This document shows positions 28,128 to 41,902 of a stretch of 64,000 nucleotides of DNA, piece after piece (position 1 is the first letter of the stretch; every line of letters starts with the position of its first letter). Below the pieces are notes generated by a model, which had not been told where the DNA came from, ran no database searches, and saw only the letters and a program-made list of their open reading frames with translations. Source of the stretch: Octopus vulgaris. Lineage: Eukaryota. The translations under genes and the position numbers were made by a program. The stretch covers positions 23,684,001-23,748,000 of the forward strand of contig OX597824.1 in the NCBI GenBank assembly GCA_951406725.2, given 5' to 3'.

Positions 28128-28591
28128 GAGTGAAATATATAATTACTAGCTAATCATTCTAAAATAATTGTTTTTTCCCCACTGACATCAGTTTTATTTC
28201 ATTTTTGTTTTTTCTAAATTTTTTCCCCGTGTGATGTTTAAGTCTGCAAGAATTATTGTCACATTGTCAGTGCACAGTTTGGTTATGTAAGAATACAGAC
28301 ACACTGCATACATATACACTCATATGTACAACCCATGTATACTGCACATGCACACCACATACACTACACTCCAGACACATACACTCATACACACACACGC
28401 ACACAGACACACATATATCATCGAATATATCTCGATATTCTTTCTTGCGCTATAAATCTCACAGTACTCAATAATTGCTTAGAACGTTATTGTAACGCAT
28501 TCTAGTATATTTGCGAAATTATTATGGTTGCATACACACAGACACACACAAACACACGCACACACACACACACATACACACACACACACAC

Positions 28592-29738
28592 ACAGATGTC
28601 CTACACTGGAGTGTTATAAATAGCTAATACGGATGTTACAAATACAAGCTGTAAGCGGAACGGTAAAAATATGCAAGACTTTTATGAATTTGAAAATGTG
28701 AATTTAATTTGATTTTATGTACATTCCAAGGATAAACTTTGTATCTTTGGTAGAAGCGTATTCCTACCGGACAGGAAAACATCAGATTGTTAAAAATCGA
28801 CGAGAACATCCATCCATCCATCCATCCATCCATCCATCCATCCATCCATCCATCCATCCATCCATACATACATACATACATACATACATGCATACATATA
28901 TACATACATACATGCATGCAATTCATGCATACATACAAACATACATACATACATACATACATACATACATACATACATACATACATACATACATACATAC
29001 ATACATACATACATAATACATACATTCACGCATACATACATAATTACATAGAAACAAAAATACCCTGTTGTTGATGTTGAAATTCCTATGAAGGAGCCTT
29101 GGATCTAGGTTAGTCTTTCTCTGTTAGCAAGAAATGAAATTGAATAATGACATACATACATAACAAATGTAATTAGTAAGTGGAACAGTATGAATGTGCA
29201 ATTCTTTTCTCAAGTTCAGAGTATGAATTTATATTGGTTATCTACCTTACAACGATGGAGCTCAGTATTTTTGTTACAGACCGAGTCTTCCCTCACAGAA
29301 AGACTTGAAGTAATTAAAGATAGAAAACACACTTAGGCAGGTCAGTTACCCTGGTAGTGTGAGTAACCAATGGATACGATTGTTATGGAAATGATATTGT
29401 GGAATCAAGAAAAAATAAAGAATATATATATACGTATGTATGTATATATATATATATATATATAATATACAAAAAGGGTGAAATATAATTAATTTGATAA
29501 AATTAATAAATTTCACCTAGTAGTTTTATCGATATGGAAAAGACCATATTTGGTAAGGATTATATTAATTATAATAAAGGGTTAATTGCAACAAGTTGCT
29601 CAAAACCACATACCGAAAATATTAGAAATGGCAGCCAAATAGATCACCATTTCTCCTACTAGTAAAAAAAGTCTCCACAAACAAACAGAATTTGCACCCC
29701 GTATATGATAAAGAGAAAGAAAATAACGAAATCCCAGC

Positions 29739-29792
<54 letters not shown>

Positions 29793-30707
29793 TAAATTAG
29801 AGACAAAACCACTATTAGGCAAATCATACAATGAAAAACTTAAGCCAATACATAAGATTATTTAATTTATATTATTTAAATATATAACAAAATTATTAAA
29901 AAAATATAATTAATATATCACTACGATCGTTTCATGGCTGTTAATTTCTTTAAATTTTCGAGTTACAGCCATTCATCAGGTGGTTTAAATATTTATCTTG
30001 TTTAATCTTGTAGACTGAAACCGAGAAAACAGAAACATGAAAATATACGGATGAGATATAGCAAATAAGACAGGAAAACAGAAGGAAGCTATCAATCTTT
30101 TACGAGAAAAAGTAAGCACAACATAACAACACTAGTATGATGTTAAAAGCTAAAAGGGGGAAAAATGAATGAACAATTACGTGTTTGGATGTCGTTCAGG
30201 ATTATATAATGGAAAGAAGAGAAATTGGTGTGTTTGATAATGGAACTGAACTGAGATAGAAATATAATAGGCCAAGCTATAAGAGAAGCAGTTGCAAGGT
30301 GAGAACGAGGTCTTTAGGAGAGAGTAGAATGAGATTGAGAAAAGATAATATAGAGAAGAAAGAACTGTGAGTCGTAAAGAAAGATTGGGTAAGGTTACAG
30401 TAATTTAATTAGCATAGTCACATGTAAGAAAATGAGGCTTTGTACGTTAGTATCACAATTAAAAGGAATTTGTAACAAATAATGAGAAAATTCAACATGC
30501 TAGACAAATCAAAAAATACCCATGATCAGCTGTCTTGCTAGGGATTTCGGTGGTTTCGATGAGCTGATACTTCACATATTCTTTTAATACACATTGGGAC
30601 AGACTGAAGATCACAGTTCTCATTTGCTCGTTCTCTGCAGAATATTACCGTTGGATCCAACTGCGAAACTTCCACCTATTTATAACACTCCAGTGTAGGA
30701 CATCTGT
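28592..30707. mobile_element. 2.1-kb segment bounded by perfect 32-bp inverted repeats (putative non-autonomous DNA transposon)
   Basis: ACAGATGTCCTACACTGGAGTGTTATAAATAG at 28592-28623 and its reverse complement at 30676-30707. Confidence 0.5.
29917..29984 (-). ncRNA. Type-I hammerhead ribozyme motif, intact core
   Basis: accac-CTGATGA-atggctgt...acagccat-GAAA-cgatcg-TA-gtgat: 8-bp stem II, palindromic stem III, GUA cleavage triplet. Confidence 0.72.
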
Positions 30708-30796
30708 GTGTGTGCGCGCGCTAACTGTTTCAAAGCAATTGTATGTATGTATGTATGTATGTATGTATGTATGTATGTATGTATGTATGTATGTAT

Positions 30797-30986
30797 GGGG
30801 AGAGTTCACGAAAAAAACAAAAGAGGAAGACAGGTGGTGTAGAAAACAAACAGATGTATTAGTATAACGCTCAGGAATTGAAAACGTCTTTTACGTTTCG
30901 AGCCTACGCTCTTCTGCAGAAAGGGACACAGAAAAATACAAGGATAGAAAAAAATGTGTAGTGGCTACCGATCTATCATGGCGACT
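30797..30986 (-). mobile_element. Family D short element with hammerhead-like motif (30888-30923)
   Basis: cttt-CTGCAGA-a-gagc gtag gctc-GAAA-cg-TA-aaag. Confidence 0.7.
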
Positions 30987-31689
30987 CCGGCTGCACCTCT
31001 CCTACCTACGGATCACTGTGGACTCTACTATGTATGTATGAATGGATGGATGGATGGACGGATGGATGTTTGTATATGTATCTCTATATATACTAAAATT
31101 AAAATGAACTCCACACAACGAAAAAATATTTCACGTGTTCAAAAGAATTAAATGAAGAATACAGTATATTCTCGATTTGTGTCTTGATAAATTAAATATT
31201 ACATAGGCAAATATATTTAATACAAGAAAAATCATCCACCATCACGTATATAGAAATATATATAAGAACATAAAAAGTATCGGGCACCCCCGAAATATCT
31301 GTAGCTGCAGTCGTCTGAGGTTTAATACAGACAGACTATAAAATGAAATGTAGTCCGTAATGTATACAACTTATAAGCAATATAAAGAATTGTAAGAGGC
31401 TCTTATTTATGTAAATCTGCATTTAAAATAACTTCATAGAAAACAAGAAGGATAGTAAAATAACCTGAAATCAATTTATGCTGCGTGTATTGTTAAATTC
31501 ATGATGAAATAAATTTCTTAGAGTGATAGATATATTTTATATGTAAAGGTATTTAGAATGGACCCAATAGTTGAAATATATGTCGGAGATGCTTTGCTCC
31601 ACGCAGAAGCTGCAGGAGCTACTCAGAGATATCGCTTGTTTTTTTTCTGAATCCATCACAATGACGGTAACCCTTCCGTAACATCAGTC

Positions 31690-31945
31690 GCGGAAGTTTG
31701 TGGATTTGTGGTTAGGGTGTTTGACCCATGATCGTAAGATTATGGTTTCGATTCCCGAACCGGGTGACACCTTGTATTCTTGAGCAAAGACTCTTCATTC
31801 CACGTTGCTCCAGTCCACTCAGCCGGCAAAAGGGAGTAATCCTAACCCTGCACCGGTCCAGCGTCCCGTCCAGGTGGGGAATATATAAGCCACAGAAACC
31901 GGAATACCGGCCCTATGAATATATATGACTCAGAAAGGAACTTCA
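31690..31945 (+). mobile_element. tRNA-derived SINE family F
   Basis: GTGGTTAGGGTG..CATGATCGTAAGATT..GGTTTCGATTCC head and GCTCCAGTCCACTCAGC body; related to 60890-61080 (-). Confidence 0.65.
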
Positions 31946-32636
31946 CGATCGGTCCCTCAGTAGCCGTCTACAATAGGGAATGAAGGCACTTGCTATCCAT
32001 TGAGTAGTGCCTCGTCAGCAAAGTCCTGATAACTGGTTTTCAAGCAGGTGTCTCATGTTCACAGGCCCTTTTTTCCTTATCCTATACGCTTCACTTGAAT
32101 TTAGCAACAAGGACTAAATTATCCATTGCTTTAGGAAGGATCCGACCCTCTGGTTTCTTATCAACCACAGTAATCTTGAGCTCGTTTTATCTCTAGGTGG
32201 GTTTTTTTCAGTTGTTTGTGTTCCGGACCAATCTTCTGCCCGGAAAACGCGGCAACCGACTTCATTGAAGAATGAGCAGTTGAGATATCACAGAATATAA
32301 GCCTCGTTAACTAAGCTTTAATATTTGGTTTAATGTAGCCGGTAAGACATGAAGAGTCTACCCTCCTAGGGTAAAATATTACCGAAATCCGAATGCTAGT
32401 TTAATATCCTATAATTAAATTAGGGCGGCGAGCTGGTAGAATCTTTAGAACGCCGAGCAAATAGCTTAATAGCATTTCGTCCTTTTTTACATTCTCAGTT
32501 GAAATTTGGCCGAGGTCGAATTTGTCTATCATCCATTTTGTGGTCGATAAACTAAGTGCCATTTCAACACGAAATAGCTAGCCTTGTGCCAAAATATGAA
32601 ACTAATATCTCCCCATTAAATGCATTTGGTACACTA

Positions 32637-32777
32637 TAAGGTTGTCCCAAAAGTTCGTTGAAAATCATGGAAAATAATGGTCTTTATTTTGAGGAATACT
32701 TTTTGTTGTTTTTGTTAGTACTTGGCGAGTAAATATTCAATTTTCGCAAGTGTTTACGAACATTTGGGACAACCTAA
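32637..32777. mobile_element. Mariner-type MITE
   Basis: TIRs TAAGGTTGTCCCAAAAGTTCGT / ACGAACATTTGGGACAACCTAA with TA flanks; similar to the 21645 mariner TIR. Confidence 0.75.
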
Positions 32778-32789
32778 TAAAATAGGACT

Positions 32790-33040
32790 CTCGTGATACA
32801 CAGAATGTGCACAAAGTAGATGTAGCGGTTTTTAAATCAAAGTTGGACCTCTTCCTGTCGAGAGTCCCAGATGAACCTACCTCACGGCAAGAGGTGCAAA
32901 TGAGGGTGGCTATATCAAACTCCATTCTTCACCAAGTGCCACATATTAGAGGAGGCTCTTAGTAATAACAGTGTAGCACGAAAAGGACGGTGCATCAGCA
33001 TGGCCGCAGCTCTGAGCTAAAACTAAAAAACAAAAATAAA
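32790..33040 (+). mobile_element. CR1/L2-group LINE 3' end
   Basis: Translates VFKSKLDLFLSRVPDEP...SNSILHQ; 3' UTR GGACGGTGCATCAGCATGGCCGCAG followed by an A-rich tail. Confidence 0.65.
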
Positions 33041-33293
33041 ATCTAAACATTTATATATATGTTTGCGCGCATGCATGTTTGGGTTCAGTTGTGCTCGCGT
33101 GCTGTTTTTAGTTCACACGAAATCTAGGTTGGCTGTGACTTCAAGCGTTCGCCGGCAACGATTCGTCAGAGTGTACCAAAGATACCTGTTGTTTTTAATT
33201 AAAGAAACACAACACTAACATAAAAGTGTGTACGTGGGATCATGCAATCACGCGTTTATGTGCGTGGGAGTGTACACAGGAAAAGTCCATATA

Positions 33294-33400
<107 letters not shown>

Positions 33401-33462
33401 TTGGAAAAGGATGCGTCACGTTCAATTAAATGATAAATAACAATAATAATAACAATAATAAT

Positions 33463-33500
<38 letters not shown>

Positions 33501-33520
33501 CAACAATAATAATAGTAATG

Positions 33521-33581
<61 letters not shown>

Positions 33582-33615
33582 TAATAATAATAATAACAAT
33601 AATAATAATAATAAT

Positions 33616-33663
<48 letters not shown>

Positions 33664-33715
33664 ATATATATATATGCATACATTCGTATGTGTGTGTCTG
33701 CGTATTTATGTACAC

Positions 33716-33765
<50 letters not shown>

Positions 33766-33768
33766 ATC

Positions 33769-33808
<40 letters not shown>

Positions 33809-33885
33809 ATGCATATATTTATATATATATGTGTGTGTGTATATATATATATATGTATGTATATATATATATATGTATATATTTA

Positions 33886-33924
<39 letters not shown>

Positions 33925-34863
33925 GCGCATATACACACATAAATAAATATTTTTTTCTGTCAAAACCCTAATGCCTGCGCGCACGCACGCACGCACACAC
34001 CTACAACAAGCAAAAACTCAACATCAACAATCACATCAACAACAACAACATCATCCAACAAAGCAAACAAAAAAATAAATAAATAAATAAATAAATAAAG
34101 GAGAAAGAAATCAAGAACAAAGGAAATGTCTCTTTTAAAGTGAGGTCATATTATTATTGATAAACGCTTGCTAAATGTAATTATTGATTTCTTGTGGTTA
34201 CCATGGTGACCGAACGCTTTAATTGCGTCATAACTTCAGTCTCCCTCTCCTTTTTCAGAGACTTCAATAAATAATAGAAAAAAAAAATAATAATAAATAG
34301 ATAAATAAAAATAAATAGAAAAACGAATAAATAAATAATTTTTCTTTAGTAAAAAATAGATAGTATAAAAAATAAATATATATATAAAAAAACTGTATTA
34401 ATAATAAATTAAATAATTTTTTTTATATAAATATAAACATATTTATATACATAAGAAAATAAATATTTATGAAATAAACGAATAAACAAATCCCACACAT
34501 GCATATGCATATATATGTATATACATATATACATACATATATATATATACATATATATATATATACATATATATATGTATATATATATATATATATATAC
34601 ATACGTACATATATATGTATATATATATATATGTGCGTGTGTGTGTTTGTGGTTATATATATGTGTGTGCGTGTGTGTGTGTGTATATACATATACATAT
34701 ACATATACATCTATACACATATACATACATATGTATACATATACTTGCATACACACACATATATATGTACAAACATTCACACATATACACAGATATATAT
34801 ATACATATACATGCATATATATATATATGTGTATATATGTATATATATGTAAATATATGTATA

Positions 34864-34921
<58 letters not shown>

Positions 34922-35986
34922 TATTGTATATAAACCTTGATAAATATATTACAATAAAGGAATACATTTTGAAGAAATATATACGATATTTAGATAAATA
35001 TAACTGCGTGCGTATTTGTTTCTGAGTGTGTCGGGTGTGGCTGGGTGCAGTGGTGGGGTGTGTGGGTGGAGTAGGTATGTGTGTGTGCTTTAGTAAAACA
35101 TAAACAAGCCATTGTATAAAAAAATAATGAATATAAATAATAATAATTAATTACAAAAATATAAATATAGGAAATACAAAGAAATCAGCTAAAAATAATA
35201 TAAATAGAAACACTGCAAAACATTGAATTAAAATGTAAATATATAAATAAATGAATAAATAGATAAAGATTTTAATTATAATTTGCTTAATTTCCAGCTG
35301 CTGCGGTTTCGAAATCCCTGCGCAATTTTTTTGTATTTCTCACGCAACATACGTTTGATCTTTAATTTATTGTTCTTTCTATAGCTAGCTAGCACTAACA
35401 ATATTTTTTTCTATTAAAGGCACAAGGTCTGAAATGTTGACGTCTCGCCACCTTGATTACATTGGACACAGGGCTTCACTTTTAATGATGACAAGCGAAG
35501 TGAACTTGGGCGAAATTTGAACTCAAAACGTAAAGAGCCGAAACAAATGCCGTTAAGTATGTAACCTGGCGTGAGAACGGTTTTTCGACTGCCTCCATCG
35601 TGGTAATAATACATAACCCTGTATACGATAGGCACTGAATCTGAAATTATGGAAGAGGTGGTGAAGATAATTGATCACATCGACCCCAGTGTTCAACTGG
35701 TACTTATTGGCCCCGAAATAGTGAAAGGCAAATTTGACATCAGTGACTTTTGATCTCGGAAGTTAATGACGAACGAAACAACGCTTAGCATTTTGTCCGG
35801 GCTGTTAGTGATTCTGCCGAATCGTCACCTTGATGATGATGGTGATGATGATGGTGATAATAGTAATGATGATAGTAATAATAATAGTGGTTTCAAATTT
35901 TGGCACAAGGCCAGCAAGCTAGGAGTAGGAGGAAGTCGATTACATCGACATCAGTTTGCAACTGGTACTTATTTTACCAACCCCGA

Positions 35987-36609
35987 ACAAGAGAAACTAC
36001 CTTTAACAGGTAATTTTATATGCTAGAGGATGAAGTCAAAACGAGCAATTTCGAAGGGAATGAAAAAATTTTACCTTGCTATCTTTTTACGGTTATATCT
36101 AGGTTTCTAATTTCCTTAGGGTTTCTAATTTCCTTAGCAAATAAAACAATTTGTCAGTCGAAACTCTCATCAGTAACCGCGCCATAACATTAACAAATAA
36201 TTTAGAGACAAACAACACGTGTCTCATCTTTATATGTCATAACTTTTCAAATTCACCGCGCAAGCGCAGTTAAAGACGGCAGTAAATGAAAAATGCCGAA
36301 CTGATCTTCGAAATGCTAGAATCATATACGTAAAATATACAGGGCAGCGAATATTTTTAGAAATTTCACTACCAGTGGCCTAGCATATATAAAAAGTCAA
36401 TAGACAACACATTCTCGATATAAAATACTGTACATTTAAGCACAAGAGAAACTACCTTTAACAGGTAATTTTACATGCTAGAAGAAGCATTCAAAACGAC
36501 TGAAACCACATTTAAGAGCAATTTCGAAGGGAATGAAAAATATAAACTGTTATATTTGCTGAGGAAATTTGAAACCTAGATATAACCGTAACAAAATAGC
36601 AAGGTAAAA
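35987..36609. repeat. Element with direct and inverted internal repeats
   Basis: ACAAGAGAAACTACCTTTAACAGGTAATTTTA at 35987 and 36442; 36069-36119 is inverted at 36559-36609. Confidence 0.7.
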
Positions 36610-36722
36610 GTTTTCTTTCCCTTGTCTTTCTTCTTAGTTATCATTTGAAGGGTCACGTTAATTTTACATGTATGTCGAGTCGTAGTCTTCGCTCTGCTGA
36701 ACGCTTTCTGATACTTACTATT

Positions 36723-36787
36723 GTCTTCTTCTTCTTCTTCTTCTTCTTCTTCTTCTTCTTCTTCTTCTTCTTCTTCTTCTTCTTCTT

Positions 36788-36818
<31 letters not shown>

Positions 36819-36844
36819 TTCTTCTTCTCCTTCAACTTCTTCAC

Positions 36845-36876
<32 letters not shown>

Positions 36877-36961
36877 CCATCATCACCACCACCTTGTTGT
36901 TGCTGTTGTTGTTGTTCTTCTTCTCCTTTTTCTTCTTCAGCTTCCTTACCATCATCGTCAC

Positions 36962-36999
<38 letters not shown>

Positions 37000-37184
37000 C
37001 CTTCTTCTTCACCATCATCATCGTCATCCTCCTCCTCCTCCTCCTCCTCCTCCTCATCATCATCATCATCATCATCATCTTCGTCATCGTCATCATCATC
37101 ACCTTCTCCTTCAGCTTCCACACCATCGTCATCATCGTCATCATCACCATCATCATCATCATCATCACCTTCTTTTTCCTCTTT

Positions 37185-37217
<33 letters not shown>

Positions 37218-37420
37218 TTCTTCTTTCCTCCTCCTCCTCCTCCATTCCCCTCCTACTTCCTTTTGTGTGACAATGTTGATCGTTGCCTGGTTTTCGTCAT
37301 ATTGTAGATTGCCACATTTGATATTTACCAACATCAACTGATGATAAGAATGATGATAACAACAAAAACGATGATGTGATTATGATGACGAAGACGACAA
37401 CGACTGCGAAGGATGATGAC

Positions 37421-37466
<46 letters not shown>

Positions 37467-37493
37467 TTGTTGTTGATGAAGATGAAGATGATA

Positions 37494-37535
<42 letters not shown>

Positions 37536-37543
37536 TTGATAAA

Positions 37544-37583
<40 letters not shown>

Positions 37584-37631
37584 CTGATGAAGATGATGAT
37601 GATGATGTTGTTGATGAAGATGAAGATGATA

Positions 37632-37670
<39 letters not shown>

Positions 37671-37678
37671 TTGATAAA

Positions 37679-37709
<31 letters not shown>

Positions 37710-37790
37710 TTGATGAAGATGATGATGGTGATGATGATGATGATGATGATGTTGATGAAGATAAAGATGATGATGAGGATGATGATGATG

Positions 37791-37834
<44 letters not shown>

Positions 37835-37987
37835 GATGTTGATGAAGATAAAGATGATGATGAGGATGATGATGATGATGAGGATGAGGATGATGATGAT
37901 GATGATGATGAGGATGGCGACGACAACGAAGATGATAACGATTGTGACGATGGCGGTGATGGGAATGATGATGATGATGAAGAAGAA

Positions 37988-38027
<40 letters not shown>

Positions 38028-38114
38028 TCGACGACGACAACGAAGATGACGATTGTGACGATGGCGGTAATGGGAATGATGATGATGATGAAGATGATGA
38101 TGATGATGATGATT

Positions 38115-38157
<43 letters not shown>

Positions 38158-38335
38158 CGATGACGACGATGAAGATAACGGTAATGCCATCGATGATAAT
38201 GATAATGATGATGATGACGTCGATGAAAATGGTGGCGATGATGGTGGTGGTGGTGGTGGTGATGATGACGATAACGATGATTATTATGATGATAATAATG
38301 ATGATGATGATGACGACGATGACGACGACAACGAT
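36723..38335. repeat. (TTC)n/(ATC)n block, short unique island, then about 1 kb of (GAT)n with internal higher-order duplications
   Basis: Directly visible; source of the poly-D/M/H/S ORFs. Confidence 0.9.
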
Positions 38336-38566
38336 GTGAATGCCAGGTTAATGTCACCAATTAAACAGTTGTTTTCTTGACATTTTCAAAGGTGAAATTA
38401 ATTTCATCACCTTGACATCATGTAGCTGTTGTTGTTGTTGTCGTCGTTGTTGTGGTTATTTTTATGGTTGTTGCGCTTGTTGTTGTGGTGGTTGTTATTG
38501 CTGTTGTTATGGTTATTATCATAGTTGGTTTTACTGTTATGGTTATCTTTATAGTCGTTAGTGTTA

Positions 38567-39095
38567 AGGTGGCGAGCCGGGCGAAATGCTTAGCGGTATT
38601 TCGTCTGCTGCTATGGTCTGAGTTCAAATTCCGCCGAGGTCGACTTTGCCTTTCATCCTTTCGGGATCGATTAAATAAGTACCACTTAACGCACTGGGGT
38701 CGATATAATCGACTTAATCCATTTGTCTGTCCTTGTTTGTCCCCTCTGTGTGTAGCCCCTTGTGGGCAGTAAAGAATCAAGAAACGTTAGCACGCCGGGC
38801 GAAATTCTTACCGGCATTTCGCCAGTCGCTACGTTCTGAGTTCAAATTCTGCCGAGGTCGACTTTGCCTTTCATCCTTTCGGGGGTCGATAAATTGAATA
38901 CCAGTTGCGTACTGGGGTCGATCTAATCGACTGGCCCCCTCCCACAAGATTTCGTACCTAGTGCGTAGAATAGAAAAGAAACGTTATCACACCGGGCGAA
39001 ATGCTTAGCTGCATTTCGCCAGTCGCTACGCTCTGAGTTCATAAGTTAAGTACCAGTTGACTACTGGGGTCAATGTGCCTATAGTAGAAAGGATT
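38567..39095 (+). mobile_element. SINE family A multimer
   Basis: Three successive partial units; two restart at AGAAACGTTA. Confidence 0.8.
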
Positions 39096-39326
39096 ATAGT
39101 TGTTATTGTTGTTTTTGATATAGTAAATGCTCGGCAGCGTTTCTCCCATCTTTTCGTCCTGAGTTCAACGACGGTCGTGGTCAGCTTTACCTTTTATTCA
39201 TTCGGGGGTCGATGAACTCGGCGAGGGTTGGTGTGGGTGTCACTGCAATCGACTTAAGCCCTCCTCTAAACTTGCTGTCCTTGTGCTAAAATTATAGTTG
39301 CATTTATCATTTTATTATTATTATTA

Positions 39327-39361
<35 letters not shown>

Positions 39362-39368
39362 GTTATTA

Positions 39369-39399
<31 letters not shown>

Positions 39400-39400
39400 C

Positions 39401-39603
<203 letters not shown>

Positions 39604-39615
39604 CATTATTATTAT

Positions 39616-41478
39616 TGCCTTTGCACAGCTTCTAACTATGCCAGCTGTTCACTACCACTGAACTAAGGTAACACCCCTTATTTTTCGAGCACCATCCGGA
39701 GTATTCGAGCGGTTCCAAGCACTGCTGTTTTCTGCAAGTGCTCCACCCTTATTGAATCCCCTATTTGTTCCATGTACTTCACAAAGATTTTTACTCACTG
39801 TTCCCTGGGATCCGACAATTATTGGTACTGCTACCACCTTTTTCAGCCACCCAACTGCTTAATCTTCTAAGCTAACCAGTCATATCTATCGACTTTTCTT
39901 TCTTCCTTATCGCATACCTTGTTATCAGCTGGGCATGCAATGGAAGCACTCCGTCGGTTACGACGATGAGGGTTCCGGGTGATCCGACCAACGGAACAGC
40001 CTGCTCGTGAAATTAACGTGTAAGTGGCTGAGCACTCCACAGACACGTGTACCCTTAACGTAGTTCTCGGGGATATTCAGCGTGACACAGAGAGTGACAA
40101 GGCCGGCCCTTTGAAATACAGGTACAACACAAACAGGAAGAAAGAGTGAGAGAAAGTTGTGGTGAAAGAGTACAGCAGGGATCACCACCATCCCTGCCGG
40201 AGCCTCGTGGAGCTTTAGGTGTTTTCGCTCAATAAACACTCACAACGCCCGGTCTGGGAATCGAAACCGCAATCCTACGACCGCGAGTCCGCTGCCCTAA
40301 CCACTGGGCCATTGCGCCTCCGGGCATGCTATATCTATGATACTGCATCGTTTACTTTCTTTCACAATTAAGACTATGTCTGGTTTTCTATTCTCTGTCC
40401 CGTGGTTGCACTGAATCATAAAATCCCATAGAAACTCTGCATTATCATTTTCGATGATTCCTTCGGGTTTATGTTCGTACCACTTTTTTGCTCTGTCAAG
40501 TCCATATTGGTTGCAAAGTGTCCAAAGAACAATCCTTGCTATATTATCATGGCGTCTCTTATATTCTTTCACAGCTAGTGGCGTACATTGACTGGTAATA
40601 TGCCATACGGTTTCACCATTTTGTCCACAGATTCTGCACTTGTCACTTTCTGATGTGTTTTCTATTCTGTATTTGATGTAGTTTGTTCTTAGTGCTTGCT
40701 CTTGAACAGCACGGGTTAGAGCCCCTGTTTCCGGTTGTGAATCACTTTTAGTCGTCCAGAACAGTCTTTTTTCTCTTTTTGTCCTATCTTCAACATCCCT
40801 ATGAAATTGTCCATGCATTCTTTTCTTTATCCACCTATTTTCAGTTACATTCATTTGTACAGTGCCTTATCTTTGCAATCTTTAATCTTACACTAGCTTT
40901 ACTTTCTTACTTCCAATAATAGCAGTTCTGTGGAATTTCTTTTTACATACTATGATATGTTGTTTTCTTCTACTCTAATGCTGTGTTCGCATCCAATCAG
41001 TCCTCTTACCCCTCTTTTACTTGGTACATACAGTCTGTCTGTGTCACTTTTTGGGTGAGATATTCCATATCTAGTCAGTAACTTCCTTGTTAAACCGCCC
41101 GGGTGTTTATAGCTTCAATCTTATTCCGTCTGTTTAATTTCGACTTAAACATCAGTCTCAGTCTGCGCAAGTAGTCCACCTTAAATTTTTCTGTCATTTC
41201 TTTCTCCATCACTCCAGATGTCGCTTCAAAACCATTGACTTTCAACGTTATCTGGTATTAACTTTTCATCTGTACACTTTGTAGAATCACTTCTGATCTA
41301 TTATGAATAACCAATTCTGCTGGTATCCCTTCATCCTTTGGTTGTAGCTAACTCTCTTTGTTTTCTTTGCAACGAGGCACTGTTTCAGTTCCTCAATTAT
41401 CTTTTCAGGCCCTTTTTCTTTCAATAACATACTTCCTGTACGGTGACCTGTATTTTTGTTCGCTTTTAAGTTCCCCTT
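39616..41478 (-). pseudogene. Degraded Dong/R4-clade non-LTR retrotransposon inserted in (TAA)n
   Basis: MHGQF...QEQALRT...CRICG..ETVWHITSQC...YKRRHD...LWDF...RKPDIV...IIDIACP (CCHC plus PD-D restriction-like endonuclease). Flanked on both sides by (TAT)n. Confidence 0.9.
39939..40321 (-). mobile_element. SINE family C, full length, nested in the Dong/R4 element
   Basis: 8-bp TSD GGGCATGC at 39931-39938 and 40322-40329; near-identical to 50460-50843. Confidence 0.9.
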
Positions 41479-41479
41479 C

Positions 41480-41542
<63 letters not shown>

Positions 41543-41846
41543 GATTGTTATTATTACGGCGGGGAAGTGGTAGAATCGTTAGCAAGCAGGGCAAATAACT
41601 TCGCGGCATTTTGTAAGTCTTTATGTTCTGAGTTCAAATACCGCCGTGGTTAAATCGTCTTTCACATCCTTTCGGACCCGATTAAAAAAGTACCAGTTAC
41701 ACACTGGGGTCAATGAAATCGACTTAATCCCCCCCCCAGCTGCTCGTGTAGCAAAAATTTGAAATCATTATTATTATTATTATTAAATGGCGGTGCCCCA
41801 TTTAAAGGCAACAGCTCAATATAAAATGAAAAAAATATTATTATTA

Positions 41847-41902
<56 letters not shown>

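Noticed and set aside
36710-36720. Minus-strand GTAAGT splice donor
   Set aside because: The upstream sequence is pure microsatellite with no identifiable exon.
37376-38380. 334-aa poly-Asp ORF resembling an acidic biomineralisation protein
   Set aside because: It is a (GAT)n tract with no signal peptide, no synonymous codon diversity and no clear splice context.
40240-40321. tRNA-like sequence (also at 18374 and 50770)
   Set aside because: It runs directly into a SINE body with a TSD, so it is a SINE head and not a tRNA gene.
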